Assembly (NCBI GenBank): GCA_965223265.1
Contig: OZ244999.1
Span: 2,784,001-2,848,000 of the forward strand
Reading direction: 5' to 3'
Source: Planctomycetota bacterium
GTDB lineage: Bacteria; Planctomycetota; UBA8108; SXIK01
DNA length: 64,000 bases
The position numbers were made by a program, and so were the translations under genes. The notes beneath the pieces are model-generated. The model did no database searches, had not been told where the DNA came from, and saw nothing but the letters and a program-made list of their open reading frames with translations. Below, piece by piece: positions 59,527-64,000 of this stretch. Each line of letters opens with the position of its first letter. Position 1 is the first letter of the stretch.

Positions 59527-60583
59527 AAAGAACGCTGGCATCAGGCCGCGCTCGCACGGCTCGAGGACGGGGAACTCACTTCCAAGTCGGAGAGCGGAAG
59601 AGGCGTCCGCGCACGAGCGACGCGGTCTCAAGACCGTCGCGTTCGGCGGTGGGACCGGTATGGCTGCCCTCTTAGCTGGCCTCAAGGCTTACACCGAAAA
59701 CATCACAGCAGTGGTCACTGTTACAGACAACGGCGGCAGCTCCGGCCGACTGAGGAATGACTTTGACATCGTTGCGCCTGGCGACCTGCGAAACTGCCTG
59801 CTCGCTCTCGCCGACGTCGACCCGTTGATCGAGGAAGTCTTTCAGTACCGCTTCAGTGAGGCTGAGTTCAAAGACCACTGCTTCGGAAATCTGTTCATCA
59901 CGGTGTTGGCACGTGTGGTGGGAAGTTTCCGCGGTTCGATCAGTGAGATGAACCGTTTGCTGAGAGTTCGCGGCAACGTCATTCCTGCCGCCGGTGAGAA
60001 AGTTTCCCTGGTGGCGCACCATCCAGACGGCACGAAGAGTACGGGGGAGGTGCAGATCACGCAGAGTCGAAAGCCGATCGAGCGTATCGAGCTCCGACCG
60101 TCGCCGGTCAAATTGCTCCCTGAGATCCGCACGGCGATCGAAGAGGCTGAGCTCTTCCTCTTCGGACCTGGGAGCTTGTTCACCAGTGTGATTCCGAACC
60201 TTCTTCTTGAAGGCATTATGGATGCGATCAGGGCGAACGCCAGCCCGCAGGTCTACATAGCTAACATCATGACGCAGCCTGGCGAAACCGACGGCTACGA
60301 TCTCGCGGATCATCTACGCGCGATTCGACGCCACGTTGGCGACGACTTCCCAGATTGTGTGCTCGCCCACAGCGGTCCGCTTCCCGAGGACCTGGTCGCG
60401 AGGTATCGCGCCCAACACGCAAGCCCGGTGACCTCGGGATTGCCTGCCGAAGAATTCGCCGACGTGCGTCTGATTGAGCGCGACTTTTTCTCGGCTGGCA
60501 CGACGGCACGGCACGATTCTCACTTGCTGGCTCGAGCGATTTACGAAGAGATTATTCTGCCGTTGGCGCCTGTTGGCGGTTGA
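59510..60583 (+). CDS. yvcK: YvcK/GlmR-family protein
   Basis: GGGTG, VTVTDNGGSSGRLR, GPGSLFTSVIPNL, NIMTQPGET and RHD. Confidence 0.93.
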   Translation: MSSSVEKNAGIRPRSHGSRTGNSLPSRRAEEASAHERRGLKTVAFGGGTGMAALLAGLKAYTENITAVVTVTDNGGSSGRLRNDFDIVAPGDLRNCLLALADVDPLIEEVFQYRFSEAEFKDHCFGNLFITVLARVVGSFRGSISEMNRLLRVRGNVIPAAGEKVSLVAHHPDGTKSTGEVQITQSRKPIERIELRPSPVKLLPEIRTAIEEAELFLFGPGSLFTSVIPNLLLEGIMDAIRANASPQVYIANIMTQPGETDGYDLADHLRAIRRHVGDDFPDCVLAHSGPLPEDLVARYRAQHASPVTSGLPAEEFADVRLIERDFFSAGTTARHDSHLLARAIYEEIILPLAPVGG

Positions 60584-60628
60584 CGGCATGCCACGCCCGC
60601 GTCGTGGTGACAACCGTTTGGATACAGG

Positions 60629-60904
60629 ATGGAACTCAAGCGAAGCGTAGAACTCACGAACGAGCACGGTTTGCACGCTCGTGCCTCGACTCGACTGGCG
60701 CAGGTCGCGCAGCAATACCGAGCGTCGATCTATGTCGCGCGCGAAGGCGCTCATGAGGAGGTCGACGCAAAGAGCATCCTTGGCATCCTGACGCTTGGGG
60801 TCGAAAAAGGCGAAAAGCTTCAGCTGCGAGCTGACGGAGATGACGCGGAGGGGGCCATCGACGCCCTCGTTGAGCTCATCAACGACAAATTCGGCGAGGA
60901 GTGA
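60629..60904 (+). CDS. ptsH: Phosphocarrier HPr
   Basis: N.HGLHAR (His15) and DAKSILG (Ser46). Confidence 0.95.
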   Translation: MELKRSVELTNEHGLHARASTRLAQVAQQYRASIYVAREGAHEEVDAKSILGILTLGVEKGEKLQLRADGDDAEGAIDALVELINDKFGEE

Positions 60905-62647
60905 GTGGAAGTCCGCCGCAAAGGAATTCCAGTTTCGCCTGGCATCGGCATCGGCGATGCCATCGTCGTCGCCCAGCAGGACTTTCGCATCCATCGTCGT
61001 TCGGTCGACCCGGAGGACGTCGAGGCCGAAGTCGAGCGCTTCGACAACGCTGTGGAGCGGACGGTCGCGGAGATCAACGACGAGATCGGGCGCTTCGGCG
61101 AGGATATGATGATCCCGCGGCAGGTGCTCGAGAGCCATCGAGATATGGTGGCAGATCGATATCTGCGCCAGGAGATCGTGGCGTCGATTCGTGACCATTG
61201 TTACACGGCGGAACATGCCATCTCTCTCGTTATGCGAGCCTATCGGAGGCGGTTCGAGGAGATGGAATCGTCCTACATTTCCGAGCGTGCTCACGACATC
61301 GAGGACATTGAGCGTAAGGTCCTCGAGACGCTGCTGGGAAAGCAGTCCGTAGACGAGTTGGCACGTGCGAAAGATGCTGTGCTAGTCGATCACGATCTCA
61401 GCCCGAGTCAAGCGGCGCGGCTCGACAAAGAAGCCGTCAGCGGTGTTGCGATCGACGTCGGTGGACGAACATCGCACGCGGCGATCATGGTGCGCGCCAT
61501 GCAGATTCCTGCCGTCGTCGGTCTTGAAGATTTGTCGACGTGCGTCAGCGGCGGGGAACGAATCATTGTTGACGGTTACAGCGGCGTCGTGATCGTCGAC
61601 CCAGAGGAAAAGACGCTCGATGAATACCGCGTTCGGGCTGCACTGTCGGATGAGTTTTTTCGCAGTCTTCACTCTGAAATACGTTTTCCCTGCGAGACGC
61701 TCGACGGATATGAAATCTTCCTTGCGGCGAATATCGAGTTTCCCGAAGAGATCGAGCCCGCACTTGTTTGGGGAGCGCGTGGTATCGGGCTCTATCGCAC
61801 CGAGTTTCTCTACGCCAGGGACGTGCCTGACGAGGAGCTTCACTATCGGACGTACCGCGCGGCGATCGAACAGCTCGACGATCGTCCACTCGTGATCCGA
61901 ACGCTAGATGCCGGTGCGGACAAGTTTCACACCGAAACCGTCCGTTTTCACGAACCGAACCCGTTTCTCGGCTGTCGATCTCTGCGTCTGTGTTTCCAGC
62001 GTCCGGACCTCTTCCGGGCACAAATCCGCGCGATACTTCGCGTCTCAGCGCTTGGTCCGGTGCGCATCATGTTGCCGATGGTGTCAAGCCTCGAGGAACT
62101 GCGGCGGGCGAAGGGATTCATCGAAGGGGTCCAAGAAGAGCTCCGGGAGGAAGGCGTTGAGCACGATGCGAACGTTCAAATTGGGATCATGGTCGAGGTG
62201 CCATCGGTCGCCCTGATGGCAGACCGGTTCGCACGCGAGGTAGACTTCTTCAGTATCGGAACGAACGATCTGGTGCAGTATTGTCTGGCGGTCGACCGAG
62301 TCAACGAGAGGGTCGCGGATCTTTACCAGCCCGCCCATCCTGCGATCCTGCGCATGATTCGCGGTGTGATCGACGCGAGTCAACAACACGGCATTGATGT
62401 GTCCATCTGTGGGGAGATGTGCAGCGAGCCGCTGTATGTCGTGCTGCTTCTGGGGCTCGGCCTGCGCAGCTTTAGCGTTAGTCCCATATCGATTCCGACG
62501 GTGAAGCGAATCATTCGACAGCTGACCATGCGCGACGCTCTTGACGTCGCACGTCGGTGTCTGCAGCACGAGTCCGCCAGTCAAAGCCAGGCGTTCCTGG
62601 AGTCCCACGTTAAGGGGCTATTGCCGCAGTTTGTCGGTATGGTCTGA
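60905..62647 (+). CDS. ptsI: PEP-protein phosphotransferase (PTS enzyme I)
   Basis: GGRTSHAAI, GIGLYRTEFL, NPFLG.R, SIGTNDL and ICGEM. Confidence 0.96.
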   Translation: MEVRRKGIPVSPGIGIGDAIVVAQQDFRIHRRSVDPEDVEAEVERFDNAVERTVAEINDEIGRFGEDMMIPRQVLESHRDMVADRYLRQEIVASIRDHCYTAEHAISLVMRAYRRRFEEMESSYISERAHDIEDIERKVLETLLGKQSVDELARAKDAVLVDHDLSPSQAARLDKEAVSGVAIDVGGRTSHAAIMVRAMQIPAVVGLEDLSTCVSGGERIIVDGYSGVVIVDPEEKTLDEYRVRAALSDEFFRSLHSEIRFPCETLDGYEIFLAANIEFPEEIEPALVWGARGIGLYRTEFLYARDVPDEELHYRTYRAAIEQLDDRPLVIRTLDAGADKFHTETVRFHEPNPFLGCRSLRLCFQRPDLFRAQIRAILRVSALGPVRIMLPMVSSLEELRRAKGFIEGVQEELREEGVEHDANVQIGIMVEVPSVALMADRFAREVDFFSIGTNDLVQYCLAVDRVNERVADLYQPAHPAILRMIRGVIDASQQHGIDVSICGEMCSEPLYVVLLLGLGLRSFSVSPISIPTVKRIIRQLTMRDALDVARRCLQHESASQSQAFLESHVKGLLPQFVGMV

Positions 62648-63003
62648 CGCACTCGCGTCGCGGGTACGACTTCGGTCGACATACGCGGAACGTTGAGAGC
62701 TGGTGCGTGCTTCGTAGCTCCTTTATTGCCACGTGTACGCAGCGCGGAGCGGGCAGTCTTTCCGATAGACAGTGGTGCGCGTGCATGTGCGACGCCGCGA
62801 GTCTCTCCGGTCGGTGTCGTGAGGCGGCACCAAGTTCCGAGATCGCTTGCCGCGCGGGATATTCAAAGGTCTCTCGTCTGCGTTGACGATTTAGAAGGGC
62901 GTTGTATTCTTCTGCGGCTCTTCCGGCGGACGATTTCCGTCGTCGTGGTTTGGGTCCACGGGCCATTCTTACGTAGCAGGTCCGAATCTTTTCGTGGTGA
63001 AAC

Positions 63004-64000
63004 ATGATACGAAAGAAGAGAAGTCTCGTCGGACTCGACATCGGCTCAACTGAGGCGAAAGCTATTGAGCTCACAGAGTTCGGCGATCAAGTGAAAATCA
63101 CAGGATTCGGCAAGGCCGCGATCGAGTCACAAGACGCGATTCCTGACACCATCGCCGACCTCTTCCGACATGCTGGAATCCGTACTAAGCGAGTGGCCAC
63201 GGCCGTTTCCGGCCGAGCTGTCATCGTTCGCTATCTCAACATGGTCAAGATGGCTGAGGATGACCTCAAAAGCGCACTGCGTTACGAGGCCGATAAGTAC
63301 ATCCCGTTCCAGATTGACGAGGTCTTCCTGGACTCTGCAATTCTTCCTGACTTCGACGAGTCTCACGACGCGGCGAATGAGGAGATGAAGGTGCTTTTGG
63401 TCGCGGTGAAGCAGAATCTCGTCGAGGAACACCTTGAGTTGCTACAACGGGTTGGTCTGATTCCGACCGTTATCGACGTTGACACCTTCGCGCTTGGAAA
63501 TGCGTTCGAGTTGAACGCTCTCAACAGTCCACGAGTTGAAGACGAAGACAAAGTTCTTGCGCTTGTCGACATTGGTTCGGTGAAGACCAATATCAACATT
63601 GTGAAGAACCATACGTCCTATTTCTCGCGTGAGATCTACCTTGCAGGGAATGACTTTACTGAGGCCGTTTCGCGACGTCTTGCCGTTGACACTGCAGAGG
63701 CCAATGCTCTCAAGCATTCACCTGAGGGACGCGAAGAATCGATCGAGGAAAGTATCCTTCCGGTGCTTGACGACCTCGGCAACGAGATTCACTTGTCGTT
63801 CGACTACTACGAGAATCAGTACGACCGTGAGATCGACGAGGTTTATGTCTCGGGCGGCAGCGCCAAGCTTCCTGGTTTGAAGACTAATCTCGAGCGCGTC
63901 TTCGATCGGCGTATTTACTCGTGGGACCCGACGGAAAACCTCGAGGTCCGTGACGATCGTGTTGACGTCGACTTCATGAAGGAACACTGCGAACAGTTGA
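63004..64000 (+). CDS. pilM: Type IV pilus assembly protein PilM (partial, runs off window; absent from ORF track)
   Basis: Manual translation MIRKKRSLVGLDIGS..., YEADKYIPF, ALVDIGS..TNI and VSGGSAKL. Confidence 0.92.
   Translation, partial: MIRKKRSLVGLDIGSTEAKAIELTEFGDQVKITGFGKAAIESQDAIPDTIADLFRHAGIRTKRVATAVSGRAVIVRYLNMVKMAEDDLKSALRYEADKYIPFQIDEVFLDSAILPDFDESHDAANEEMKVLLVAVKQNLVEEHLELLQRVGLIPTVIDVDTFALGNAFELNALNSPRVEDEDKVLALVDIGSVKTNINIVKNHTSYFSREIYLAGNDFTEAVSRRLAVDTAEANALKHSPEGREESIEESILPVLDDLGNEIHLSFDYYENQYDREIDEVYVSGGSAKLPGLKTNLERVFDRRIYSWDPTENLEVRDDRVDVDFMKEHCEQL

Overview
The window is GC-rich bacterial DNA, most likely from a Planctomycetota genome (Minf_1886-family gene, TIGR02999-type ECF/kinase pair, planctomycete-type dockerin-like and integrase families). 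Bases ~43.7-64 kb are core genome: PaaK-like ligase, patatin, tmk, holB, S41 protease, comM, asd, truA, hpf-ptsN-yvcK-ptsH-ptsI and a partial pilM. Downstream of a minus-strand tRNA-Val(GAC) at 43461-43537 lie two tandem integrative elements. The first is a complete ~38.2 kb island (5298-43505) bounded by a 45-bp duplication of the tRNA 3' half. It encodes an integrase, an excisionase-like HTH, an RHH protein, an SSAP-like protein and a DUF3854/DUF927-type primase-helicase. It also carries three palindromic GGGACCGCT-rich modules, a promoter-like motif in four copies and a candidate structured RNA. Its cargo is an ECF/Ser-Thr kinase pair, a giant surface protein operon, an ECF-fusion protein, and an Rhs protein with a Zn-phospholipase-C-like tip followed by YceK-like lipoproteins. 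The second element begins left of 5298. Its integrase is split by a 4065-bp TG...CA transposon with 26-bp inverted repeats and a 6-bp target duplication. All family assignments come from motif recognition by eye, not database searches.
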